DNA of 64,000 nt from Takakia lepidozioides. Lineage: Eukaryota; Plantae; Bryophyta. Position numbers and translations under genes: made by a program. Positions within the stretch are counted from its first letter, which is position 1. Each line of letters starts with the position of its first letter. A model generated the notes under the pieces. It saw only the letters and a program-made list of their open reading frames with translations, made no database searches and was not told the DNA's origin. The stretch lies in NCBI GenBank assembly GCA_030704615.1, contig CM060731.1, positions 25,544,001-25,608,000 of the forward strand, written 5' to 3'. This document shows, one piece after another, positions 40,501-51,600 of this stretch.

Positions 40501-43500
40501 CAAGCATCAACTGCTGTGTGTGAGAAGCCCAAAAAGTTAGAACCCAACAGGGCCAGGGCTTTAGGCTAAGCTTCGAGATTTTGAAAGTTAGTAGTGAACC
40601 GAGGTACAGGAACAATGTTCTTGATGTTTCTGACGAGGGTCACTCTCTGGTGAGGATACCCCGGAAAATGTATCAGCAAATGGATAGTCTTCAGGTTGCA
40701 ATCTCCTTTTCCTCTCTGCATCTGTTTATTGTTAGAAGGTAGGCTCCCTGCCCCGAGCTTAAAGTTCAGTCTAGTACCAAGGGTAGGTAGGCCATCCAGA
40801 CCTATGTCACAGACTGGAAAGAGAGAGAGAGAATGTTTTCATGAGACGTTGTTTGCCGTAGCCTTGTGGCCATAGACCCCGCGCCCAGTTTGGCGAACAA
40901 AAAGGGGCCAGAAACTACCTTTGTGAGGGGCTCACTCCAGTAGTGTGAGAGAGAAGAGAGATTGTACTCAGAAGACGTTGTTTGCCGTAGCCTTGTGGCC
41001 ATTGACCCAGCGCCCAGTTTGAGCGGGTGAGAACAAAAGGGACAGAACCTACCTCTGTCAGGGGCTGACGTTGGTAGTAAGACTTACCTGGATATATAGA
41101 ATTAATCCGGGTTTTCCAGATATCCTCTAGAAATCCCTTCACACAAGCATCAATCTGCTGTGTGTGATTTGCCCAAAAACCAGGCTCAGGAGGGCCTGGG
41201 CTTTTGCTCAGCCTCGAGACTTTCAAAGTGGTAAACAGGGGTACAGGCACAATTCCCTTGATAGATTTGAAGAGAGCGTCTCTTTGGTGAGAGAACCCCG
41301 GACAGTGTATCAGAAAATGAATACTCTCTTCAGATTGCCCACACAACGGGCAATTGCACTCTCCCTTTCCTCTCTGCTTCTGTTTGCTGTTCAAAGGTAG
41401 GCTTCCTGCCCTGAGTTTAAATTTCAGTCTAGTGCCGAGAGTGGGTAGACCCTTGAGGTCATCCAAGAGGTCCTCCCCCATGTCACTGAGGAAACAAGTT
41501 CAGGGAAGTTTTCTGCCAACTTCATTTTATCAGACAATCTCATGGCAACAGACATGGCTGAGGACACTACAGCTCTAAGTCAGATTTATCCAGCAGGGTC
41601 AAGACTTGCGGATCCAGGTCAGGGTCCTTGAGGATCTCTTCTACTCTCTTCTGCCAGGACTTAGCCTGTTTGACAGGCAGTCCTGTTTCCAAGATATAGA
41701 GTCGATTCACTTAGGATATCTGGTGTTGGGCATATGTTGCAGTGACCCCCACCATCTGACCTTGAATTCATCTCGTCGGGAGCTTAAGGACGGAATGCCA
41801 AAACTCACCCCGAACAGCCACATTGGCTGTTTTGGAGCATGCTGACATACACTCCTTACGCACCCCACTTGAATGGATTCTAGAAAACTTAGCCTGGTTG
41901 GAGTTATCAACCCATATAGCAGATCCGTACTCCAAGGCAGGTCTAATAACGCGACAAAGCATGGTTTTCTTAACCTCAGAGTTGACCCCTCTGCAGTGAA
42001 AAAATTTAGTGAGCCCCAGAGCTTTGCCCTTGCCAGTTTGAACAACTTTCCGGATATGTGCATCCCAATTACAATTGGAGGAGAACTCAACGCCCAGGTA
42101 AGTGTAGGAAGGGAGGACCGGGATCTCTTGGATACCCACTGCCCACTTAAGATCACTTCCTCCCTCTCCTCTGTCGTTGAATGCTACCACTGCACATTTG
42201 CTGACATTAGCCTCTAGCCCCCAGATCAAAGTATCTCTTCGCGAATCAATCAACTCCTGGAGATTGGTTGGAGTCTCCCCTATGGAGATTGGTTGGAGTC
42301 TCCCCTATGCCTGAGAAGTCATCGCAAACATAAAGGGCCTGGTATGGTGGTATCACCACCCTTAACCCAAATCCCTCACTTTCCAAATCCTCGAGGAGTG
42401 ATTGATGAAACATTGAAGAGCAGAGGGGAGAGAGTACATCCTTGAGCTACACCTTGGTCTATAGTTGGACTTCTGTCCGTTAACAGTGACACAGCTTTTG
42501 GTGTGAGCATACAAGTTGTGGACAACTCTCCACATCTTTCCCTTGATCCCACAAGACCAGAGGCGGAACCATAGGCCATCTCTCCACACTGTGTCATAAG
42601 CCTTTTTGACATCCAGGAAAAAGACATAAGTGAGAGAGAAGAGAGAGAGAGAGAGAAGGATGCCCCTTACCAATGCGCCTCATACAGCGCCTTGCAATCA
42701 ACGTGATGTTCACCTCTTGGCCTTTCACCACAGTTTGGATGGTCTGGAAACGTGCTTCTGAGTCAAGGAGTCATATGCAAGACTCACAAATCCATGGAAG
42801 TTCCCCACACAGAGAGAGAGCACAGTGGAGCATAATGTGCTAATGCCCTTATAGCCGATCAAAACCAAGCTTACATCAATAGTTGCTGTAGGAGACATGC
42901 AGAAGGTGCCTACATCCTTGTTATCATGAAAAGGATATTGCCTTGTATTATAGGAAGAATGTATGATTCGCACTGCACCCAAAGTCACCAAAACATGCAA
43001 CCACAATTACAAACATTCTGGGAACCAAAGGACAGCAATTCAACTGGATGCGCCTGCAAACAACTAGTAGAATTAATGAAATGTGTGTGAAGGACATTGC
43101 TGTCAAACCTCAGACCAAATTGACTTTCATGATCTGGCCATGACCTTCATAGATGGGTTCCACGAGTAGTCAAAAAAACAAGAATTCATATCGCTTACCT
43201 TGCTTTCTATCAACACCTCCAGTAGATGCTTGTTCCACAAAAACCTTACATCAGCCTGGGGAGACACACAACAACAATACATGCTATCAGCCTTTCCAAT
43301 CACCCCTTTCGTCACACCAGAGAACCTCTGTGTAACCAAATAGAATGTACCCTGACATGTAGATGCACAGGTCTAACATGAGCCCCTGCTCTTGCAATCA
43401 TAGTCTCTTTCATCCCTGGGAATGATTTATGGTACTCAACAAAGATTGGTATGAACAATCCTGACTGAAGTCGTACATTGGCACATGCACTATCTCAACA

Positions 43501-46500
43501 CACTTGACCTGCCACACTTGAACCTGCTGCCATCGGTTCAAGAGCTCTATCTACCCTCTAATATGTGTTACCCTGAGAAAGGCTTGCACCGTTCTGGCCT
43601 CCCAGTAAATCATGGATCTAACTATAGATGTATTCATAAAGCTCAGGCGCGAACTCTTGCTATTTTAAAGATTTCTAAGCTCTTTGTTGTCTGTTTCTTG
43701 GTCCTTTAACTCCATTTTGTAGATATGACCTAATACAAGTTACCGAGTCATGACGAGAAAGATGGGAGCATTTCAATCTGATTTCTTCTAGTGCTTAACA
43801 TGACAATCAATTGGAAATTGGCACCCAAACTCTCAACCTGTTTCCAAAGAGGCTGAGAAGTCTGCAATAGTCCCAGCTCAAGCATTTTTTGTGCACTGCA
43901 ATGCAACACCAAACCCTCCTTTAAGCTTTTTGACTTTAGAAGTATCATTCTGGAATGCACTCTGAACACACCCTCTCCATGTCTTGTTGGATGCACTGCG
44001 GCTGGATTTTTGTTCAGTGTGCACACAAGTTGTGGCATTATTGGTGTCATACCTTGGTAGGATTAAACCCCTGAGTCAAATAAGGAGGGTCAGTATTCTG
44101 CAGATACTAACCCACAAAGGCACAGTTATGTCACATCAGATGTTCCCATGGAGGGAAAGACTAACAAAGTGCCATCATCACCTCAACAATGTACTTAAAA
44201 GTACGCCTACAAAAAAATTGACAGCGCAACCATCCTATCAACCCAAGGGACATACTAACCAGTGCGAATTGATACTGAATTTTACCTCCCCATGGTCAGG
44301 TGTGGTGTCTCTCATTAATTTAGTTTGTATAGGTTACTGCTCCTGGGAAAGTCCCCCTTTTCTGGCCAGTCAAGCTTCTTGCCTTGTCTGGCTCTCTTTG
44401 CTCCCTTTTGCACTGCCTGGTTGTTCTCTGGCTTTGCATGGCCGGGTAAAGTGATGACCTTCAGTTTGATCTATCAGCTCTTTAGTTGGGGCCTTAGGTT
44501 CTTTTGGCCACTGGCCTTCAGTTCTTGCTGGCACTAACAAGTGGGTTGTGTGTCTTCTCTTTGGAATTTTCCATCCATATACTGGGTTTTGGCCTCTTCT
44601 GCAAAACCCTGGATTTTCTTATCAATACAGCATCCGCTCTGTCCAATTTTATAGGTACTTAAAATTCTGCTATTTTCGTCGACCATGGCAGCTCAAATAA
44701 GATGCCTCCATTAAGCACAATGCCCTGAAGTTATAAGCCATAGAGTGGCGTCAGCCTAATTGTGTAGCACTTCTCAGATCTGAAATGGAATGTGACAACA
44801 TGAGCTGGAAGACCACTAGTAGGTTACCATAGAAAGAGGACAGGAAGCTGTTTTAACATTACACATATGGTGTTTACTCAATTTCTAGGGTCAATGACTT
44901 TACGCTGCAGTCGGAAAGGACAAGGAAATAGTGAGAACCCATGTACTGTTATCAACTCAAGCTGGTTCCTGAACTTCAACACTTATCTAAGATTTTTGAG
45001 TGGGAACTTGATTCGCACATAGTGCTTCTCCTTGATCTGCGGCACCAACTCTAGTCTGTACACTCACTTTCTCCAATAAATAACACATCCAATGTGGCCC
45101 TCTAAGTAACCGTCACCATTGACATGACCCTGTGTAAATTACCTGAGTGTCAGATCAGCTTCATACGAGAAGTAAAGACCTGGGGTTGTCTCCACAGATT
45201 TCAGGAGACTGAAAAATTGTGCCTCATCCTTTTTCTGTAACAATCCAACCATCAACTGAGAAGTTGCCTGAACGTCTGCAGTAAGTGGCCACACTATAGT
45301 GCACCATTTGCTTAGGACACTGAAGACTCCTTTGCTCCACCTAATATGGCAGATGAACAATATGTGGGTGACACATCACATCCTATGTAAACAACCAGAA
45401 CCAGAATCTGTAAGCCCTTGCCATACAAATTGGGTAATTGCAATGGTAAGTGCAATTTGACTGCAGCCCACATATAGTGAACCACAGGATTGTCGCATTG
45501 TGAACATGCTGTACCTAAAAGAAATTGAACTATCAATTTTCAGTACAAACCTCCTCTGCGGTGGAGGCCTGCAAGCTGGAGTTGCAAGAAAGAAACTTCA
45601 TCGAAGTGACACGAAAGATGGGTGACCCACGGTAGAACCCCGCCTGCTCCCTTGCGGTTATAACAAGGGCATAAGTCCCTGAAAAGACCAACCATCCATT
45701 AGAGCACCAAGTTACACCAAGTACCTGCCATAAAAATACAAAATACCATATCCCTTAAGTGACTGGCACCACTACGGAATGCATAACTCAAAATTCTCTT
45801 TCATTCTCTTATTCTTTCTTTTTCTTCATCTCTCTCTTCATCTCCTCTCTCTCTCTTCTCTCCCTGAACTTGTTTCCAGTCTGTAACATGGGGGAGGCAA
45901 TCATGGATGACCTCAAGGGTTTACCCACTCTCGGAACTAGACTGAATGGGCAAATCACACACAGCAGATTGAGGCTTGTGTAAAGGGATTTCTAGAGGGT
46001 ATCTGGAAAACTCGGATTAGTGGTCTGTTCCAAGGTAAGTCATACTACCGCCGTCAGCCCCTGACAAAGGTAAGGTAGTTTCTGTCCCTCTTTTTCCGCT
46101 CAAACTGGGCGCAGGATCAATGGCCACAAGACTACGGCAAACAACGTCGTATGAGTACATTCCCTCTCTCTCCCTCTCTTGCACACACACACACACCTTC
46201 ACCCTATGTATCATCATTCATGGAAAGCCCAGAGACTTGCCTGTCAGCAGATGGACAATGCCCACCAATCCAAAAACGACTTTTGCATGAGGCACTTGCT
46301 CAGTCGCTGAACCAGGTAGCTGACCTGCATCACGTTACAAAGATGAATTTCATCAATCATTATTAAGCCTAGATTTCTTGGGGGTGCCACCGAATTTTCG
46401 AGGTCTTTGGACCTTCCAGCCTTGCAATTGGGAGTATTCTCTTTGAAATCCTCCAACCGGATTCCTGTCTGGACTTGGGAAACTATTGCAACCCATTATA

Positions 46501-46750
46501 AATATATCCGCGCCACTGCAAGTCATTCGAGTCCCGCGTGTCGCCGGCCTTCAAAGGTGGAAGGGAAAGGGATGGAAGAACTTGGAGGATAAAGGGTGAG
46601 CTTACTGATTGTCCGTAAATCGCCATTGGAACGATCTATGGAGAGAAGCGGAGAGGTGACCGAATCCATGGGCTCCAGTACAAATTGGTCAGGAAGCTCC
46701 CATAGCCGCATGCGGCTACACAGATTATGATCTCCGCTCAACTCCCCCAT
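29866..46750 (-). CDS. SAC8: SAC1-family phosphoinositide phosphatase (SAC8-like), 20 coding exons, C-terminal transmembrane helices
   Basis: Exons (borders read by eye, +/- a few nt): 46750-46606, 46324-46241, 45678-45551, 45234-45143, 43895-43838, 43255-43199, 42972-42939, 42751-42671, 40063-39957, 39655-39569, 34197-34120, 33878-33808, 33462-33364, 33149-33049, 32736-32628, 31701-31629, 31460-31367, 30873-30787, 30608-30542, 29993-29866. Motifs [40 protein letters not shown], catalytic [27 protein letters not shown]. Confidence 0.93.
30073..30342. repeat. Intronic minisatellite, 90 bp x 3, nearly identical
   Basis: gacctgaagggcaggg... starts at 30073, 30163 and 30253. Confidence 0.97.
32010..32280 (-). 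mobile_element. Two degenerate 3'-end fragments of the (TC)n-tailed LINE
   Basis: Reverse complement of the family 3' motif (tttgccgtagccttgtggccatagaccc) next to a GA tract. A second weaker copy lies at about 32215-32280. Confidence 0.8.
34518..39050 (+). mobile_element. Near-full-length non-LTR retrotransposon (APE-RT-Zn finger; RTE-X-like), 3 frameshifts, flanked by (TC)n on both sides, in a SAC intron
   Basis: APE motifs [43 protein letters not shown] motifs [56 protein letters not shown]-terminal CPLC...HFLIHC. (CT)n at 34481-34517 and 39033-39050. Confidence 0.95.
35021..35430 (+). repeat. 141-bp (47-aa) x 3 coding tandem repeat in the LINE N-terminal region
   Basis: ggacaa at 35021, 35162 and 35303. 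Peptide unit PKC.EPER...[26 protein letters not shown]. Confidence 0.93.
39075..39437 (+). mobile_element. 3' fragment of the same LINE, in tandem with the full copy
   Basis: Homologous to 38670-39038. Ends ttatgagtacaatctct. Confidence 0.92.
40335..40945 (-). mobile_element. Two chained 3' fragments of the LINE (40335-40820 and 40820-40945)
   Basis: Each begins on + with a GA tract followed by the reverse complement of the 3' motif. Confidence 0.88.
40948..42655 (-). mobile_element. 5'-truncated 1.7-kb LINE copy, inverted relative to 37370-39050, bounded by GA tracts
   Basis: ORFs 42362..42673, 41768..42253 and 40915..41481 give peptides almost identical to those of the + copy. Confidence 0.95.
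42752..42938 (-). other. U12-type (minor spliceosome) AT-AC intron in the SAC gene
   Basis: 5' site ATATCCTTT at 42938, branch TCCTTGAC at 42769-42762, 3' CAC at 42752. Removal restores ILPIIQG-SFQT. Confidence 0.92.
45860..46180 (+). mobile_element. Internally deleted 3' LINE fragment between TC tracts in SAC intron 2
   Basis: Matches 38488-38570 and 38823-39040. Ends atgagtacattccctctctctc. Confidence 0.9.
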
Positions 46751-47067
46751 CTCCCTCTCGTGCGAAGCCAGGATGGTAAACTTGACAAACCTGCAGCATA
46801 ACTAAGATCACGCGATGTGACACCTATGAAATCAGCCCCTATTGGTCCATATTTTCACTCATCTTTCAATCCCTGCACCAATGACGATCGAATGCATATC
46901 GCCACGCAGAATTTGACCAACGGCAAGAAATGCAGGGAGTCGGCGGTAGGTGAAGACTAAGGCGCAAACACCATTGCAACGCATTGTACGTTTACACACT
47001 TTACTGAGCTATGATGCAAAGGCTTCAATATTTCAGACCAAACCCAAGCTGTAAGAATTCTCCCATC

Positions 47068-47106
<39 letters not shown>

Positions 47107-48615
47107 AAGCACATTTTTGCGAGAACTGTCACGGAGCAATTGCAGTTCTATAGAGAGATTTCCACTCACCAGAGTACAGTGCCTTCCTAATCCACGTCGA
47201 TCACATATTCTTACGTATCAAACATCCACAAAAAGGACGATCCAAACTAGTACAGCCACTCCAAGGCAGATCAAAGCTTTCAGAATATGAGGAAAGACCC
47301 AAAGAACATGTTACAAACCCAACAACCGAAACGAGATCTTTCGAAGTAGAAGAACAAGTGGTGGCGTGAGGGGGTGATACACACGCTCAGATCCCAACGC
47401 GGTTGGAGTTGTGTGGAAGAAGAAAGAGTGTTGTTTCTTTGAAAGGGCAGCAACGCTTCCACACACCAGCAACGTGGATGATTGATGCATGAATATTCTA
47501 GAATTGGACAGAATATCCCAATCATGTACTGAAAAAGGCTGTAGGGAATCTTTCTCAACTGAATTGAGAGGTGATTGGAGGCATGATAAATACTTCACTT
47601 CATGAGTCCAGTTGCTTGACTTGTGTGTTGGCGAATTGGTCTTTCAACTTTCAACCCACATCTCAGTTTAGTGATTGACAGTGCTATTTTTTCTTCAGAT
47701 CCGTATTGCAGTAAAGAGGACTGATGGCAATCAGGATTTCTGGTATGTTGTATGTTGCGCGATGCTTGCCTTAAAAGTCAAGGCACATCAACCCTGCAAC
47801 AGAAACAATGGCTGATCCAAGTGCTAGAGCGATTCCATTGAGTAAACCCCCCCAAGCATCTCAATATCGCAGTGGCAAAGTACAGGTCACAACGAACAAA
47901 CAACAAACATCCCTTCAAGTGTCAACCTCAAGAGGCCCTTTTCATGGATATCACTCAATACTAGAAAGTACAAACCAAGGTAGGTCACAGCTGAATGCAA
48001 TAATACACGAACTAATAAATTGCAATGTACACTTCAAGTACTAAAAAACGCGCCACAAGGCCCATTTGCAAGACACTTTTGTGGCTTGTCCAGTAAATCA
48101 AACTTCACAGAATGAACTGTTATTCTTGCTTCGTAAAACAAAAAAGCATGGAGCTTTCTTTAATACTCCAGAGGCACTGGTACTAAAGAACTATAATCTA
48201 CTGACCTATCACAGGGGGAAGGAAGGACCTCCAAATGTTGTTACTCTACAGACACTTGCAAGTACAAGCTCTGTGAATCCAGAATGAACCACCATCTCTC
48301 AGTAAGACCTTGAATGGCTGATTCAACATCATCAGAGCTCAAAATTCACCCTTCACTACCATCCTCTTCTCATCTTAACATGGTGTAGTAAGACACCACA
48401 CATCAATGTCCAAATCCACTGCACAAAAGGGCAGAAAGCTACTCATACTGTGCTGCAAGGCTCAGACAATATAAGCTACCACTCAACTTTATTCTCTCTG
48501 TGGGCAATTTCCCCAGTTAGCAAGCTCTTTTCTCTCTACAGCTTAACTCGCTGCTAGCTTTCATTAAAACCAATGGCAACTCTTACCGTCGACTCTAGTT
48601 TCAGGGGAGGATGAT

Positions 48616-51600
48616 TTAAAAGGGACTGACTTTACGGGCTAGCTGCAAAAGAAACTCAGGCACAAGGCGGCGGCCCATCATAGCCACAGCATCTTCAGCT
48701 TTGGCCTCTTCATCATCGGCATGAACCACAGCCAGAATGTCGCTCATCAACTGATCTCGTCCGCCTCGCATTGGATCCTACAGGAAAGTGAGAGTGTAGG
48801 TGAAGATTGGATAAAGAATAAAGTGTGACATATTCAATGTTTTTAAAGAATATAGAGCAAAAAAGGATGCGATATTGTTGCAGATTCCAATGACTTCCCC
48901 CACTCACATTGTGACAAGGGCCAAACCAAGACATCCATTCATTTGTTTGCCATCTGATTACCACGGTGGTCTGACTCCCACTGACGGCAGAGTCTAACTT
49001 AATGACCAAATTCCTTTGCAGATGATGTTTTTCCTTGATCAAGTAGAAACCATTAGCACGGCAAGCACCTTCCATATGAAATTATTAGGGAGCAAGAGGT
49101 ACAGAGAGAGGAGAGAATGTATTCATTAATCATCGCTATTAAGTCCTCCCATATCCTTTCTTGTTCTGCCCAAACTGGGTGCAGGGTCTATGGCCGCAAG
49201 GCTACCGCCCACAACCTCTTACGACTACATTCTCTCTCATAAAAGAAGGCCCATCCTTATTGTTATTACTGTAGTGAGCCTCACAAGGTAGTGTCTGGTC
49301 CCTCTTGTTCCGCCCAAAGTGGGTGCAGGGTCTATGGCCACAGAAAAAACATCTTATGCATACATTCTCTTTAAATTCTTGTTGTCCATATTCAGCATCT
49401 GCGATACTTTGGTCAAGTACAAGATACCTGTAAAAACAAATCCGTATGGGTCTTGTCAGGATAGAGGTGTGTTGTCACCGTTACGCCCACAGATCGTAGA
49501 GCATCCCCAAATGTGACACTGTAACAGACAAGCCCTTGCACTCCAAATGTCAAACCCTTGGGAGATGTTCAAGTCAGCCTCACATGCGTGAGCAAAATGC
49601 CTGACTGAACTCAAAGAAAATTTATGGTTAATACAGGGTTATCATACCTGGCATCATAGGGAATAGAGTTGTCAGCAGTGCCGTGAAATAATGTAATTGG
49701 TGGTAGCAACGGCGCTGCTTGCTGGAAAGCTGGGCTTCTAACCAGCAATTCTGGGGAAAATAACGGTAATGATGCCTCCCCCTCCATCACACTGCCAACT
49801 CACACAGACAGGGAGCAACACTTCAGCACCCGATTACGTCATATAGGTGCCTGTTGAAACTCTATGCTGACCGTGCAGTGGGTCACACGTTAGCTAACAA
49901 ATCGATTTACAAACTAGTATGTCTAGAGGGACTGAATTACATCTGGTCCCTTTTTTCAAACACCTTCCAATCGTAGCCCCTCACCATACCAGAGTATAAA
50001 AAACAATCTGGCTACCGTGATTAGTACATATGTTTTCCATCTGATCAGGGATTGCACGGTAAAAGAAACACTCCAAATGCACCTTGGGCATTCACCTAGC
50101 CCGCATAACTCATCTGTCAAGAATGGATAAGGTCAGTTTATCCCACCTCAGGAAAATTGACCGATAGAGGCCCCGATGATGGAAATGATCCACCAGCTTT
50201 AGTAAATTGTACCTGCTCCAAAACCAGCCCAGACCACTTGTGAACAATTGTCACTTGTACAATATCTCCTTGGTCATACCTCACATTTGAACTGCAATAG
50301 AAAAATAAATAAATAAATTATGACATTGAGATGGGGCCCCAAGGGCCCAACCAAGAGAGGCACAAAGAAAGAAATGAAGGAACTTACTACATGCAAGGGA
50401 GGCCTGAAGGGCCCAAAGGATTCTAGCTAGAGAATGTTTTCATAGGACGTAGTTTGCCATAGCCTTGTGGCCATTGACCCCGCGCCCGGTTTTGAGCGGA
50501 ACACAAAGGTGTCGAACAGCCATGTTAGCTATTTTAGAGCTGACATGATCTCTTTGAGCACCACAACCTGAATGGATTCTAGAGGTTAAGCATGGTTGAA
50601 GTTGTCAACCCACGTGGCAGATGCATACTCCAAGGCAGGCCTAATAGTGAGAGAGAGAGAGAGAGGCTCCTACGCAAAACAGTCTGTGAGACAACGGATA
50701 CCCATGAGCCTGAAGAGAGAAACTCGCTAATGTCTACCTTCACATAATCTCTGGGGTTGCTTACGGCGATGGATAAGAATATACACATACGGAAAAATCA
50801 CTCACCCTCCAGATATGCCCAAAAAAGCTTTAAACTGGGATGTCCTCCATGGAGCCAATGTGGCATCCTCAACGAGCTCCCTCTTGGCTTGCATCACCAG
50901 TGCACATGCTGCAAGATGGGAACCAGCTGATTGGCCTGCAAGAAACAACCTGTGCACATCTTCCACAGACTATGAGAATGAGAAAACAATGAGGGGATTA
51001 GGCAGTGAGGCAGCATGCAACAGGTCACATGTATTCTCTCCATCTTACCTGTCTGGATCACCGCCAAAGTGTGCAATATTGTTACACACGTATCCAATTC
51101 CAGTAGAGACATCCGACACCATGTCACTGATACAGCCCTGTGGAAAATTCCTGCACCCTCCAATACAAACATTAGCCAACTTCATAACCTGGTGGTGCCT
51201 ACAGATTTCAGGACCAATCCAAAATCAGCCTGTTTTAAAAAAAAAGCAACTCTCAGACATGTTGGGGATGTCAGCAATCCATGCAATGCTTCTGTATTGG
51301 TGTCTGGCTCCCTTTTGTTCCACCCAAACTGGCGTGGGGTCTATGGCCACAAGGCTACAGTCTGAAGAGTGCATTCTCTCTCTCCTCTCAAGTACGCGCT
51401 TTAAGGAATAACAAGGGTGCAGTGGTGACTTCTATGGTTGAGATTGAAAATCTTTGAGACGCACTCCAGCCTTCTTCGGATTTCTAAAGAACTAGAGGAT
51501 ACAGTAGAAAGAACTGATCCTATGATCCTAGACTGACCTCATGAACTGGAGTGTATCACAGAGAGACACTACGCACCCACTAGTTCTTCTCAGATAGTTG

